A stretch of 64,000 nt of DNA from Bdellovibrionota bacterium (lineage in GTDB: Bacteria; Bdellovibrionota; UBA1018; CAIPTA01; JAALKR01). The notes beneath the pieces were generated by a model, which was given only the letters and a program-made list of their open reading frames with translations, was not told the origin of the DNA and ran no database searches. Positions 1-11,210 of the stretch are shown one piece after another. How positions within the stretch are numbered: position 1 is the first letter of the stretch; each line of letters begins with the position of its first letter. Position numbers and translations under genes: made by a program. Location: contig CBDBMJ010000001.1 of the NCBI GenBank assembly GCA_965207455.1, positions 864,001-928,000 on the forward strand, written 5' to 3'.

Positions 1-3000
1 TAAAACCTGTTTATTTATAACATCAATATTAGATGACATAGTATAAGAAGAACCATTAGATACAGACCCAGTAATAGAAATACCTACTATTTCTGTTTTA
101 TCTGAAGCATGAACTATTACTTTTTGATCAGAATGGGCATTTGTATTTATAGTATTAATATTTGCACCATTTGCAATTCTTGCTTTTGTTTGTGTTTGAA
201 CAATATTCACTCCTGCTGTAGCAGAATTAGTTTGTCCACCAGATACCGCAAATCCTATTGGTGCATTAAAAATATCTTCATGGGATACAGCAACCACAGC
301 TAACCCTCTAATTGAATCAGTTTCATAATTATTATTTTTTTGAGTAACTGTAGTAGTTTCTGATTCACCACTATCTGAATCTGTTGTAGTTTTAGCATCC
401 ATATCAACTGCACTGGAAGTTATATTAGAATTATATATGTCCATAGTTCCACCTTCACCTAAGGCAGTAACATTTGCTGATCCCACATAAGCCTGTGTTG
501 TTGTAAGAACCGTATTAATACCAATGGCGCCACCAACAGTGGTAGCTCCAAATTGTCCTGCCAAAGGCACTGTATCAATTTCAAGATCATCCATGGCCTG
601 GACTCTTATATTTCCCTGAGAATATAAAATAGATCCATCAGATATATAAGCTTCAGTAGTATTAACAACTGTTTGAGGAGAAATTACTCCACCCAAACCA
701 AGAGCGCCTCCTTGAGCACTCACCGTTATTGCTATCAGTTTTTCTATTGAACTGGCATCGATTAAAATTTCTCTTTTTGCTTTTATATTAGCTCTACTTC
801 CAATAAAAGATTTTGTATTCTTAGAAATAGTTGTAATATTTGCTGAAATTCCTATGCCAACAAGCGCTCCTCCTCCATCTCCTCCCAAACTAAATGTCTT
901 TGTATTACTATTTGATTGTATGGAAACACGTTGATCCGATTCTCCATTATCATCATCATTTATAATTGCGCCACTCCCAATATAAGCATAAGTGTTGGAA
1001 AGTACTGTTTGATTAACAATTGATCCATTAATGGCTGCATATAATGAACCGCCTCCTGCCACAGCAAGTGTGTGTAAATTTTCCTCTGTACTAGCTGTAA
1101 TATCCAAATACCTAGAGGAATTTACTCTTGCATTGCTTGCAATAAATGCTTCGGCAGAATCACCCACAACAACAATACCCACAGATCCTCCAACAGTAAA
1201 TGTCCCAGACCCTGTTATGGCACCAGCTCCAAGGCGAGTAATCACACCATCTCTAGCATTAATACTAATATCTTTTCCTGAATTTACTTGTGCATTTGTA
1301 TCAATAAAAGCTTGTGTTTTATTCAATGACACTGAACTATCATCTTCTATAATAGAAGATATTGCTGCTCTACCTGTACTTGCATCTAAAATTCCTTTTA
1401 TCTCCAAAGCTTCATCAGTGCTTCCTAAATCATCTCCAACTTGACTAGAAGTAGTTCGATCATCCATTCCACTCCAAGCATTTCCATTATTTCCATTTTC
1501 ATCAGAGCCAGAAATTTCTGAACGCTCATCACTACCCAATGAAGCACCTAATACCATTACGGAAACAGCACCAGCAATACCTGCAGTTCCACCTGCACCA
1601 AAAGCCACAGAATAGGAATCAACCTCTTTATTAGATATGGCACTTATATTTATATCATCGTTCGCATTTACAAGAGCACCATTCCCTATGTAAGCATTCG
1701 TTTGATTCCGTATAACAACCACATCACCAGAAAAACCAAAACCTACTGTACCACCACCAGAAAGCCCACCAACAACGCCTAATTCACGAACATTATTATG
1801 TGCTCGTATATTTACAGATTGACCACTGACTGTGTACGTTGAATCTTGATTGATATTTCCTTCAGCATAGGCTCGTGTACTTGAATTATGCACTCGAATA
1901 GCTAATGCACCAGCTATTCCCACTGTACCACCGCCACTACCAGCAACTGCAAGACCGTATACTGATTCATTTGTATCTGCTTCTATGGAAATCTCACCAC
2001 TAGCATTTATAGATGCATCAGATCCCACATAAGCCAATGTTGTGCTATTAAAAACAGATAAGCCAAAAGAAGCTCCAAAACCAACTGTACCACCACCAGC
2101 AGAAATAACACCTGAAATTTGAGCTAAAAATGAATTATCATCAGCAGAAACATCAATATTTCCTTCTGTATTTACATTACCATCAATATAGGCTTGAGTA
2201 TTGTTCACTATTACTCCAGCAGCTAACGTGCCACCAATAGTATTTCCTCCACCTCCCACAAAACCAGCAGCTACAGAAAGTAGTCGATTATTGGAATTAG
2301 CTGCAACTGTCACATCACTCTTAGACTGTACATTGGCTCCAGCGCCTATATATGCAGAAATATTTTTTACAGCAGTAAAAATTTCCCCTGCTCCTCCAAC
2401 GCCATCTCCACCACTTACAGTTAATGCTCCTGAAAAGTTAATCACATTACTATCAATTATTGAATGTAAAAGAACTTGCTGATCTACATTAGCGCTTGTG
2501 TTATTCGCATTAATAGTAGCATTACCGATAGAGGCTTCTGCTGTATGAGCAAATACTGCTGTAGCCACATTGGCTGCAATCCCTGTACCTGAAGCTCCAG
2601 AACCAGAAGCAACAATATTTACTACATCTTGATCACTAAAAGCAATTACAGACAATCCGCGCATGGAACTCTTTACTTTTACTTCACCCAATATGGAATC
2701 TTTTATCTCATTAATCGTTTTTGAACTTAACCCAGATTCAAATAATTCTCTAATATTAGATACATCTGCATTGGATAGATCATTCAATAACTGACTTGTA
2801 TAAGTAGTTTCTCCTGTGGGTACATCAATAGCAACAGCATTTCCAAGAGCTGTAACAAAAGCACCATCTTCAATTTTTGCCCTAGTTTGACCTATAAATA
2901 CGGAAACACCTAGAGCTCCTCCCACTGCATCTTTTCCACTAATTGCTGCACTACCTGTCAATTGAACGAAATCCGTATTATCTTCCGCATATAACTGAAC

Positions 3001-6000
3001 ATTACCTTGGCTATTTATATTTGCATTACCACCAATAATTGCATCCACAGTACTTTTTATAATTCCTAACGATACAGCACCGCCTACAGCAAGATTATTC
3101 CCTCCACCAAAACCAACCACAGTAGAAGTAATATCTTGATCTGAGTTGGAAATTACTTTAATATCTGTATCTGCATTTGCTGATCCATTTATTCTTGCTA
3201 GAACATTTTTCCATATTACATTTGTATCTAAAGATGCTCCAATACCTCTTTCTCGAGACACTCCTGCTGCACCAATGAGTTCTATAATATTCGTTTCACT
3301 ATCGGCATATATCAAAATAGATTGGGCAATTCCATCAGAATCATTTCCACTATTTAATAAACTGTTTGCCATAGTTTCAGCAATAGTTACAGATTTCACT
3401 GTATTAAGGCCCAGGGTTCCTGCTAAAGCATTTTGTCCTCCTCCACTGGCACCTAAGGCTGCATGTAAAATATCTTCAAAAGAATTAGCTTTTATATTTA
3501 ACTCGTTAGCAGAATTTAGAGTAGTATTCCCATGCACAATTGATTTAGTTTCATTTAAAAACAAATTTAAAGCGAGAACACCTCCAGCTCCTGTCTTCTC
3601 ACCATAACTGCCTTGACCTATAAAAGATTTAACTCCGGTTTTACTATCAGATTCTATATTTATGTTTCCATTTGAAGTAGATAAAAATGAATTATCTTTA
3701 ACTTCTGAGGTAACTCTATTATCAAATACATTAATTCCAACAGCACCAGCTAAAGCATTCTCTCTAGTAGATGCAGCTCCTGCTACTGCAATATTGTAAA
3801 TATCCTCTACAGCACTTGCTGCAATTGATATATCAGAGCTAGTATTAATTGTTGAATTTGAATGAATAGATGATTTAATTTTATTTCGCAAGACAATTCC
3901 ACTGAGTGCACCTGCGCCACCTAGTTTTTGTGCAATAGCAGCACCACCTGTAATTGATCTTGCATTTGTAAGATTTTTAGCATTAATATCTAATTGATTT
4001 GACTGAATATTTACATTCTCCCCAACAGTGGCATAAATATTATTATGTGTAACAGTTACACTAAATGATCCAGCCAACGCATTATCACCCTTATTTCCTG
4101 CTCCTGCTATAGATTCTGTATAGTAATTTGTGGTTTGTAGAATAGAAAGCGGATTTATACTATCGAAATCCCCATCAAAATTTAGAGGATCTTCACTTTG
4201 CTTTTCATTAATCGATTCTACTATTATATCTCCACTTACAGAAATGCTACTATTATCCCCAATTACAGATTCTGTTTCATTAACAGTATTGATGACAGAA
4301 AAAGAAGCACCTATAGCTAACTTAGCATCACCATCATCATTCAATGCTGCTGTGGCACCCCAAGCTTTTGTACGAATCCTGCTTTTATCAGAAGAACTTA
4401 CAAGTAAACTATTTGCATTAGAAATATTGCTTCCATCACCTAAAATGGCTTCTGTATTATTTACATTATTCACTAATGCAAGAGCACCAGCCACGCCATA
4501 TTTTTCTGCACTAGCTCCAGCAATAGCTTCTGCTGTTAATTGATCTTCAAAGTCGCTATGCTGATTTTGAGTAGATTTTGCTTTTATACTTATATCATTA
4601 GCTCCAGAAATAATCGTATTATTTCCAATTTTTGCTACAGTATCATTGAGTGAATTAGAAATTGCTACTCCAATTGCAATTGCATTGTCACTTTCAACAG
4701 CATATCCAGTTCCTTGACTGCTATAATTATTTTCATTAAATGCATTAACAGTGATATTATTTCCTGCAGAAATACTTAATCCATCATCTATACTTGCATT
4801 CACATCATAATCAATGGCATTCACACCAACAGAGGCTGCAACACTAATAGATTTACTTTGAGAAGAATTTTTATCTCCTGACTCAGTGATAGACTGAGTT
4901 TCAGCGGCAAAATCAGATAATGCTTGCACACTATGAGGAGTTGACTCGTCACCAAAATCCCCTTCTAAAATCTCATCTTTTTTAACAGATTCACTAGCTT
5001 CTGAAGATTTTTTAAATACCTTTGTATATTTATTTAAACTTAATCCTTTTGCTGTTGCCTGTGCTGTTACCAAATCCTTTCCTATGGAATTAGCGTCAAC
5101 TTCAATTAAACCACCCACAATGGAATTCCTGCCCAAATAAGCATTGCTTTTTACTGTAATGACAGACACTACCACTGAAGCACCCACAGCCACACTTTCT
5201 CCAACAGCTTCCCCATCTGCACTGGAAGTATTATTTGTTTCAGAATTACTTGAAATACTAAGATCTCCTCCAACGAGCACACTGTTTGAGGTATTTGGAG
5301 AACTATTCATACTGGCAACTGTATTTTTTATTAGTATATTTAAAGCTACAGCAGCATCCAAGCTATAGGTACTGGGTTCACTTTCCTCTTCACCATCTTC
5401 AGCCTCTTGTCCTGCTCCTGCGGATGATATTAGAGAAGTACTTGTACTGGAATTTGCATTGATAACAAGATCGCCATTTGCATTTATTACAGTATCCTGA
5501 TCCACCCTAGCAATAGTATTTTCATTAATTACATTGATGGAAAAAGCAGCTCCAAGACCAAAAGATTTTCCTTCAGATTCTCCTTGAGAATTATTATCGG
5601 GTGGTGTGGGTTGTGAAGTTCTTGCATCACTAATGACCGTTCCTGCATCTGTATCACTGCTTCCTGTTCGTATCTGGAATTTTTCCAATGAATCAAATTC
5701 ATCTATTTCCTCTTCTTCTTCTTCCATGGAGGCAACACCACCTGCAATTCCTTCACTCATAACTTTATGTTCTGTACCAGACTCACTGATAACATTAATA
5801 TTTCCAGTAGTTGAGATACTAGCATTTTCTTTAATCTGAGCATTGGCATCGAAATGAACAATATTAATGGCAGCAGCACCAGCAATGGATAGATTTCCTC
5901 CACCAGCTCCCGCAATAGCACCACTGGTAAAAGTACTTGTATCATCAGTTACTGTAACTCCATTATCATCCATTTCACTGTCAACACGGCTACCTACTCC

Positions 6001-9000
6001 TACAAAAATATCCCCATCTCCCCGAACTTCAGATCCAGCAGCAATTTCTGCCACAATATCTATATCCACAATATTTAAAGAAACGGCTGCTCCTAAATTT
6101 ACTGCAGCACCAGCAGTTTGCCCATCTGCAATAGTTTTAGAGTCCGTATTATCTTCTGCAAAAATAGTTATATCACTTGCTTCAATATTTCTATTTTCCT
6201 TGATAATAGAAGTAGTTTTAGAGTTGGTAACATTTAAAGCCAATGCAGCAGCCACAGATAATTGAGCGTCTTGACCTCCTTCGCCTGAGTCCACACTAGC
6301 TTGATCTGCTGTGTCTTGTGAGTCCGTACTGCTACCTGACGGAAGTAAACTATTAGCCAACTCCACTAATGATAGTATTGAGTCTATAACACTGGAATCT
6401 TCCTCTTCTTCTGATGTGCTATCATCTCCCCCAGCTCCATTTACAGAAGCCATAGCAGCAGTGGAAATGCTACGCTTTGAAGAAGACATAATAGCAAGAT
6501 CACCTTGCGTACTAATATCTCTATCTATTATAGCTTCCACTGTGCTATAAGAAATATTCAATCCAACAGATAGACCTATAGCTACCACAGAGGCCTCATC
6601 CGCATCTCCAGCCTCTCCAGAACCAATAGTAATAGAAGAAATCTCTTGCGTACCAGAAACACTAACATCTCCAGTAGCATCAATACTATTGGAAGATGTG
6701 GATATTTCTGCTCTAGTAATATCTTCAGAAACATTTAGTGCAATGATAGGAACAATGGATATTCCTCCACTAGCAGCAGATTTTGCTTCTACCTCATGGC
6801 TAGAAAAAGAAATAGAAGAAATATTTATTTGATCTAAATTACTAACAATAGCATTGCCATTTAAAGTGGAGAAAGTTTCATTTTTAGAAATATCTAAGGC
6901 TATGGATGCTCCAATACCAATGCTAGTTCCACTACTTTCTTCAGCACCCTCTTCTTCAGGTGGACTTACAATTTCAAGAAAATCACTATATACAGAAAAT
7001 ATATCATCAACAATAGTACTTTCTTCCTCATCTAAATTTCCATTAGCAATAGAGTTTGTAACAGTGGTATTGCTTGCTTGAATCTCTAAATCTCCATTTC
7101 CTAAATTAGAATTAGTGTTTTCTCCCAAAAGAGATTCCACTTTATTTTCTCTAACAAGATTGAGAGAAAGAGCACCTGCTAGACCAACAGTTGTTCCACC
7201 CTGTCCAGAATATGCTATGGAAGAAAAATCATTGCTATCTTCATCTGAAATTGTGGAATCATAGCTTTCTGTTAATGCACTAATGGATATTCCATCTCCT
7301 GAAGATATATTTAAAGTAGTACCTGCATCTCCTTCAATAAAAGCTCGATTGCTATGATCGGATATTTGTACAGACACACCAGCCCCTCCACCAACTGCGG
7401 CAGCGCCTGATCGACCACTAGCTAAGTTAAAGGCTTGGGTGATTTCCTTTGTTTTTAGATCAATGGGGCCGGAGGAAATAATATTTTTATCCACATTTCC
7501 TTTAATGGAAGCTTCTGTATTGGTGTTTACTACATTTACTGACAGTGCACCTGCTAACTGTACAGTTCCACCACCACTTTCTTCAGAGTCCAGCAACTCA
7601 TTTTCTGTGATCGACAAAACACTGTCAAATAAAGAGGTGATACCACTCACCACTGAGGAATCCACACTATTATCTGTTAAAGCGTTACTCAACTGATCTT
7701 GAACAGAGGTATTATTGCCTTCCATTACAGAGGCTCTTGCGCCATTCTTAGCTGTATTAATGGAATTTGCATGAATATTTAGTCCAGTGCTTCCAGACAC
7801 AGATGCGCCTTCAGAAATAGTAGCTATTGTATCCGAATCTAATACATTAATAGCCACAGCAAAGGAAGCGCCAGACATACTAGAAGTGCTAGAATCCGCA
7901 TTCGTATCCGTTAGTGCCACTCCCTCAGCAGTAATGCTAACTATATCTGAGCTTTGAATTGTAGTGTTTCCTTGAATTATTGATTGAGCTTCATTTTTTA
8001 TATCAGAAATTGCGATAGTAGCAGATAAAGGAATACTGGAATTAGCAAAAGCAGTTACTGTGGATTCTGTTTTAGCTTGAGATAAAATACTCACAGATCC
8101 AAGTGCAGTAATACTGGAATCACCATTTAATATTGTATGAGCAATACTATCTGTTGAAGCAACAGATAGGTCTACAGGTATATTAAACGCGCTTAAATCA
8201 AGGGAAAGCTGAGTTTCTAAATTTGATTTAGAAATTAAACTAATACTGCCCTCTGCTGTAATAGTAGTAGAATTTAAAAGTATATAAGATTCTGAATTTC
8301 TTGCATCAAATAATCCATTATTAAAAAGAGGTTTATCTTGTATGGAGTCACTAGAAATACTAACATTATTAGATGCTGTAATTACGGTTCCATCTTTTAA
8401 ATCAATAGTAGAATTAACAGAGTGTAGAGGATTTGAGCTATATAATACGTTTTCAGTACTTGCAAGAGAGTTAAAAGTAATATTTTTCCCTTTAATCGTG
8501 GAACCATCTAATAGAATACTACTTGTTCCAGTAGAACTAGCAGTAAGAGTTATGTCTCCAGCGCTATAGCTCCCAGTTGAATGAGCTAATAATTTAGAAC
8601 CAGTACCTAAATTGATAATAGGTGCTGTTATGGAAATATTACCAGAATCTCCTGTGGAGTTAGAGGATTCTTGATCGGAACCTGAAATATTTCGAGTAGA
8701 AATAATAATATTATCCATAAGAGTAAAGCTTTCTGTCGCTAAAAAATCATAATTTCCTCCAGACATTAACTGATTAGATGATATGGTAATATCTGCAGGG
8801 TCAATTAAAACAAAGCCATCTAGTCCATTTGGAGAATCAGCATAAAAAATACCACCCTTAAGGTTAACTGTATTTTTGGCACTAAATTCAACAAAGCCAC
8901 CATCTCCTGATATTTCTCCACCACGAATGTCTATTTTTGCTCCTTGCTCAAAATTAGCCACATCGATTGCATAAATATTTATTTCACCAGCATTAGAGTC

Positions 9001-9873
9001 TTTACCAACTCCTTTCACAGAAATAAGAGCATTATTTTCAACATGGATATCATTCTTTGCCTTTATGGATATATTTTTACCATTTATTTTGTCGCTACCT
9101 TCTGCCAGTATTTCTCCAGAAATATTTATATTTCCATCAGATAGCAAACTAATACTCCCATCATTATTTTTCCGAACAGTATTAGCTTCTTCCAGTCCAT
9201 CAAGATTGACTAGCTGCCTTGTTTCTATTTCACTCAAAGTAAGCGCACCGGATATATTTAAACCATTTGCTTGCAAAAATATTGATTTTTTTGCATTAAC
9301 CGACCCTTCTATTAAAATTAAACCCGTACTAGAAATGGGAATAGCTCCATCCAGTAATTGATTCATAAATTCAGGATTCACAATTCCTGAATTACTAATA
9401 AAACCACGCATATATTCGGCTGTTGGTGTTATAAAATGAGCACTTCCTAAATTCATCTGCCCACTCTTTCCCACTATAATTCCATTGGAATTTAAAAAGA
9501 AAACGTTTCCGCCTATTTCTCCATTTTTATAAGAATTTAAAATTCCATTGATACTTGTTTTTTGATTATGTATTAGATTTATTAAATTTTTAGCATTATC
9601 GGGAACATGTAAATTAACTATATTACCCTTATACACATCAAATTTATCAAAAGAGTTTATTCCATTTTTTCCATAAATAGATGTTGTTGTTATATTTGTT
9701 ACATTGCCTTTAACCAAAACACTTGTATTGGTACGACCATCAGCAATAATTTGAGGATCATCTTGTGCATAAGCACTCAATGATGACGAAAAAAATGAAA
9801 GATTGAAACATAATATATAAATAAGTATATTTGACATCTTCAATTTTAATTCATTAATTCGTTTTTTCAGCAT
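1..9873 (-). CDS. Giant LktA/filamentous-haemagglutinin-like two-partner-secretion exoprotein (adhesin/toxin), 3' end beyond window; >=3291 aa
   Basis: Manual translation from ATG at 9873: MLKKRINELKLKMSNILIYILCFNLSFFSSSLSAYAQDDPQIIADGRTNTSVLVKGNVTNITT...NSFDKFDVYKGNIVNLHVP...LINLIHNQKTSINGILNSYKNGEIGGNVFFLNSNGIIVG. This is a signal peptide plus a TPS secretion domain of the LktA-type adhesins, followed by Gly/Ala/Ser-rich beta-helix repeats (e.g. ASVGVNAIDYDVNASI, GAIGINTVLTTTQAYV). The same frame is open at base 1 (...SSNIDVINKQVL), and the ORF track lists no stop-terminated long minus ORF here. Confidence 0.88.
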   Translation of the reverse strand, partial: MLKKRINELKLKMSNILIYILCFNLSFFSSSLSAYAQDDPQIIADGRTNTSVLVKGNVTNITTTSIYGKNGINSFDKFDVYKGNIVNLHVPDNAKNLINLIHNQKTSINGILNSYKNGEIGGNVFFLNSNGIIVGKSGQMNLGSAHFITPTAEYMRGFISNSGIVNPEFMNQLLDGAIPISSTGLILIEGSVNAKKSIFLQANGLNISGALTLSEIETRQLVNLDGLEEANTVRKNNDGSISLLSDGNINISGEILAEGSDKINGKNISIKAKNDIHVENNALISVKGVGKDSNAGEINIYAIDVANFEQGAKIDIRGGEISGDGGFVEFSAKNTVNLKGGIFYADSPNGLDGFVLIDPADITISSNQLMSGGNYDFLATESFTLMDNIIISTRNISGSDQESSNSTGDSGNISITAPIINLGTGSKLLAHSTGSYSAGDITLTASSTGTSSILLDGSTIKGKNITFNSLASTENVLYSSNPLHSVNSTIDLKDGTVITASNNVSISSDSIQDKPLFNNGLFDARNSESYILLNSTTITAEGSISLISKSNLETQLSLDLSAFNIPVDLSVASTDSIAHTILNGDSSITALGSVSILSQAKTESTVTAFANSSIPLSATIAISDIKNEAQSIIQGNTTIQSSDIVSITAEGVALTDTNADSSTSSMSGASFAVAINVLDSDTIATISEGASVSGSTGLNIHANSINTAKNGARASVMEGNNTSVQDQLSNALTDNSVDSSVVSGITSLFDSVLSITENELLDSEESGGGTVQLAGALSVNVVNTNTEASIKGNVDKNIISSGPIDLKTKEITQAFNLASGRSGAAAVGGGAGVSVQISDHSNRAFIEGDAGTTLNISSGDGISISALTESYDSTISDEDSNDFSSIAYSGQGGTTVGLAGALSLNLVRENKVESLLGENTNSNLGNGDLEIQASNTTVTNSIANGNLDEEESTIVDDIFSVYSDFLEIVSPPEEEGAEESSGTSIGIGASIALDISKNETFSTLNGNAIVSNLDQINISSISFSSHEVEAKSAASGGISIVPIIALNVSEDITRAEISTSSNSIDATGDVSVSGTQEISSITIGSGEAGDADEASVVAIGLSVGLNISYSTVEAIIDRDISTQGDLAIMSSSKRSISTAAMASVNGAGGDDSTSEEEEDSSVIDSILSLVELANSLLPSGSSTDSQDTADQASVDSGEGGQDAQLSVAAALALNVTNSKTTSIIKENRNIEASDITIFAEDNTDSKTIADGQTAGAAVNLGAAVSLNIVDIDIVAEIAAGSEVRGDGDIFVGVGSRVDSEMDDNGVTVTDDTSTFTSGAIAGAGGGNLSIAGAAAINIVHFDANAQIKENASISTTGNINVISESGTEHKVMSEGIAGGVASMEEEEEEIDEFDSLEKFQIRTGSSDTDAGTVISDARTSQPTPPDNNSQGESEGKSFGLGAAFSINVINENTIARVDQDTVINANGDLVINANSSTSTSLISSAGAGQEAEDGEEESEPSTYSLDAAVALNILIKNTVASMNSSPNTSNSVLVGGDLSISSNSETNNTSSADGEAVGESVAVGASVVVSVITVKSNAYLGRNSIVGGLIEVDANSIGKDLVTAQATAKGLSLNKYTKVFKKSSEASESVKKDEILEGDFGDESTPHSVQALSDFAAETQSITESGDKNSSQSKSISVAASVGVNAIDYDVNASIDDGLSISAGNNITVNAFNENNYSSQGTGYAVESDNAIAIGVAISNSLNDTVAKIGNNTIISGANDISIKAKSTQNQHSDFEDQLTAEAIAGASAEKYGVAGALALVNNVNNTEAILGDGSNISNANSLLVSSSDKSRIRTKAWGATAALNDDGDAKLAIGASFSVINTVNETESVIGDNSSISVSGDIIVESINEKQSEDPLNFDGDFDSINPLSILQTTNYYTESIAGAGNKGDNALAGSFSVTVTHNNIYATVGENVNIQSNQLDINAKNLTNARSITGGAAIAQKLGGAGALSGIVLRNKIKSSIHSNSTINTSSDISIAASAVEDIYNIAVAGAASTRENALAGAVGINVFDNRVTSEVKDNSFLSTSNGNINIESDSKTGVKSFIGQGSYGEKTGAGGVLALNLFLNETKSIVHGNTTLNSANELNIKANSFEDILHAALGASGGGQNALAGTLGLNTVKSVTIAETMANSLLNSGNDSDGIAQSILIYADSETNIIELIGAAGVSRERGIGASLDTNVIWKNVLARINGSANADTDIKVISNSDQDITSTVVGFGGGNNLAVGGAVSLGIIKSTVDAIIGGNANINSQGNVQLYAEDNTDFVQLTGSAAISGKDAVGGALGVSVFIGQTRAKIEDGAFVTALGNAVAIDVPTGETTYTSQLLNDLSNADVSNIRELFESGLSSKTINEIKDSILGEVKVKSSMRGLSVIAFSDQDVVNIVASGSGASGTGIAANVATAVFAHTAEASIGNATINANNTSANVDQQVLLHSIIDSNVINFSGALTVSGGDGVGGAGEIFTAVKNISAYIGAGANVQSKSDVTVAANSNNRLLSVAAGFVGGGGNTIGGTLAAGVIVNNTQAYIDGNVNTEGNIDVSADDNSFLAQISGVISAGGGTVGFGASFGLSVFNSTTLAYVGSDASINASGEISIEADTNESVYGLAVAGSGGGTVGIAGALAIRVHNSSTRAYAEGNINQDSTYTVSGQSVNIRAHNNVRELGVVGGLSGGGTVGFGFSGDVVVIRNQTNAYIGNGALVNANDDINISAISNKEVDSYSVAFGAGGTAGIAGAVSVMVLGASLGSDERSEISGSDENGNNGNAWSGMDDRTTSSQVGDDLGSTDEALEIKGILDASTGRAAISSIIEDDSSVSLNKTQAFIDTNAQVNSGKDISINARDGVITRLGAGAITGSGTFTVGGSVGIVVVGDSAEAFIASNARVNSSRYLDITASTEENLHTLAVAGGGSLYAAINGSIVNQTVLSNTYAYIGSGAIINDDDNGESDQRVSIQSNSNTKTFSLGGDGGGALVGIGISANITTISKNTKSFIGSRANIKAKREILIDASSIEKLIAITVSAQGGALGLGGVISPQTVVNTTEAYISDGSILYSQGNIRVQAMDDLEIDTVPLAGQFGATTVGGAIGINTVLTTTQAYVGSANVTALGEGGTMDIYNSNITSSAVDMDAKTTTDSDSGESETTTVTQKNNNYETDSIRGLAVVAVSHEDIFNAPIGFAVSGGQTNSATAGVNIVQTQTKARIANGANINTINTNAHSDQKVIVHASDKTEIVGISITGSVSNGSSYTMSSNIDVINKQVL

Positions 9874-9897
9874 AAGCACAAGATATCCTTCATCTTA

Positions 9898-10299
9898 TTA
9901 TTTCTTTAAATTTGTTTTTTTATCAATATTAACTTTTGCCAGCTTTTTCAAACACGTCAAGCTAATTAAATCTACTCGCTGTTCTTCTTGCTGAACAAAA
10001 ATAGAATTACATTCAGAATTAGACGCTTTTTTAATGAGATCAGCATATATCACTTCTTTTGTTTTCTTAACTCCCATATCTATTCCTCTTCTATAAAAGT
10101 CTTGTTCTAAAGATTGCCAGAGAAAGATTGCTACAAAAGGTATTGAGATAACAATCCATATTCTACCTGCCATAGTCCATATCCCAGACTTGAGGAGATT
10201 TGTGTACAGATCATATTGATTCTTCTCATTTAATTTATCTTTATCATTATTGTTTTCAATTTCATTTTCAAATTTACTTTCCATTTTTATATCCTCCAT
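9898..10299 (-). CDS. Hypothetical single-pass membrane protein (133 aa)
   Basis: One hydrophobic stretch (IWIVISIPFVAIFLW); GGAGG RBS just upstream of the second Met (MESK); stop 24 nt upstream of the exoprotein start. Confidence 0.7.
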   Translation of the reverse strand: MEDIKMESKFENEIENNNDKDKLNEKNQYDLYTNLLKSGIWTMAGRIWIVISIPFVAIFLWQSLEQDFYRRGIDMGVKKTKEVIYADLIKKASNSECNSIFVQQEEQRVDLISLTCLKKLAKVNIDKKTNLKK

Positions 10300-10432
10300 A
10301 GTGTTATTAATTTATTCCTTTATAATCAAATTAGAACAAAAAATTGCTGATGAATTTCACTTCAATTATGTTTTTTTAATAATACTTTATTTTTTATTTA
10401 TTTTTTGAATTAAATCGAGTATAATAACACGC

Positions 10433-11113
10433 TTACGATTTTCCAGTGATAGATGCCTTATACCCTTCTCCGTAAATAGACTTTATACTTATATTTGTGT
10501 CTTTCGTTTTTTTTCTTAAATGGCTCATATGTGTATCCACAGTTCTATCTAAAAAATTTTTATTATACGGAAACGCGTGCCCAATAATTTTCTCTCTAGA
10601 AATCACTTCATTTAAATGTTCTAACAAATAAGAAAATATTCTAAACTCCGACACTGTAAAATCCAAAATATTATTTTTATAAAAAATCTGAAAATTACTA
10701 GCATTTATCGTAAAATCATCTATTTTTTCCACATTGCTCTTGCTATTAAAAATATCCGATATGGATTTTACTAAATCTCGTAATTCTGAAGCAAGAAATG
10801 GCTTCTCTATATAATTTATTGCCCCTAAACGATAGCTTGTGGGTCTAGCACTCAAAGAATCTTTACCGGATATAATAATAATTGGAATATTTCTTGTATC
10901 CTCATTACCTTTTAATTGCGAACACACCTCGTAACCATCCATATCGGAGAGCATGAGATCTAAAATAATCAGATTGGGTTTTATCTTCAAAGATAGATCA
11001 ATACCTTGTTCGCCATTAATTGCATAGATGAATTCATGTTTATCCTTAATTAACTCGCTTTTAATTATATCTGCAACACTTTTATCGTCATCAATTAATA
11101 ATACTTTGCTCAT
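10433..11113 (-). CDS. OmpR/PhoB-family response regulator (no adjacent kinase)
   Basis: Receiver motifs LLIDDD, LIILDLML, YIEKPF; winged-helix C-terminus DRTVDTHMSHLRKK...IKSIYGEGY. Confidence 0.92.
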   Translation of the reverse strand: MSKVLLIDDDKSVADIIKSELIKDKHEFIYAINGEQGIDLSLKIKPNLIILDLMLSDMDGYEVCSQLKGNEDTRNIPIIIISGKDSLSARPTSYRLGAINYIEKPFLASELRDLVKSISDIFNSKSNVEKIDDFTINASNFQIFYKNNILDFTVSEFRIFSYLLEHLNEVISREKIIGHAFPYNKNFLDRTVDTHMSHLRKKTKDTNISIKSIYGEGYKASITGKS

Positions 11114-11210
11114 AAATAAACCTTATTTTAATTAAATGTCTCCCATAGAACATTACGGCAATATATAAATTTCCTTTAATGATTTTTATTGATATTCTAT
11201 ATAATAAATT

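Noticed and set aside
109..9361. Numerous plus-strand ORFs of 64-153 aa (and minus ORF 5757..5945)
   Set aside because: Antisense or off-frame shadows of the giant minus-strand exoprotein gene; no independent motifs.
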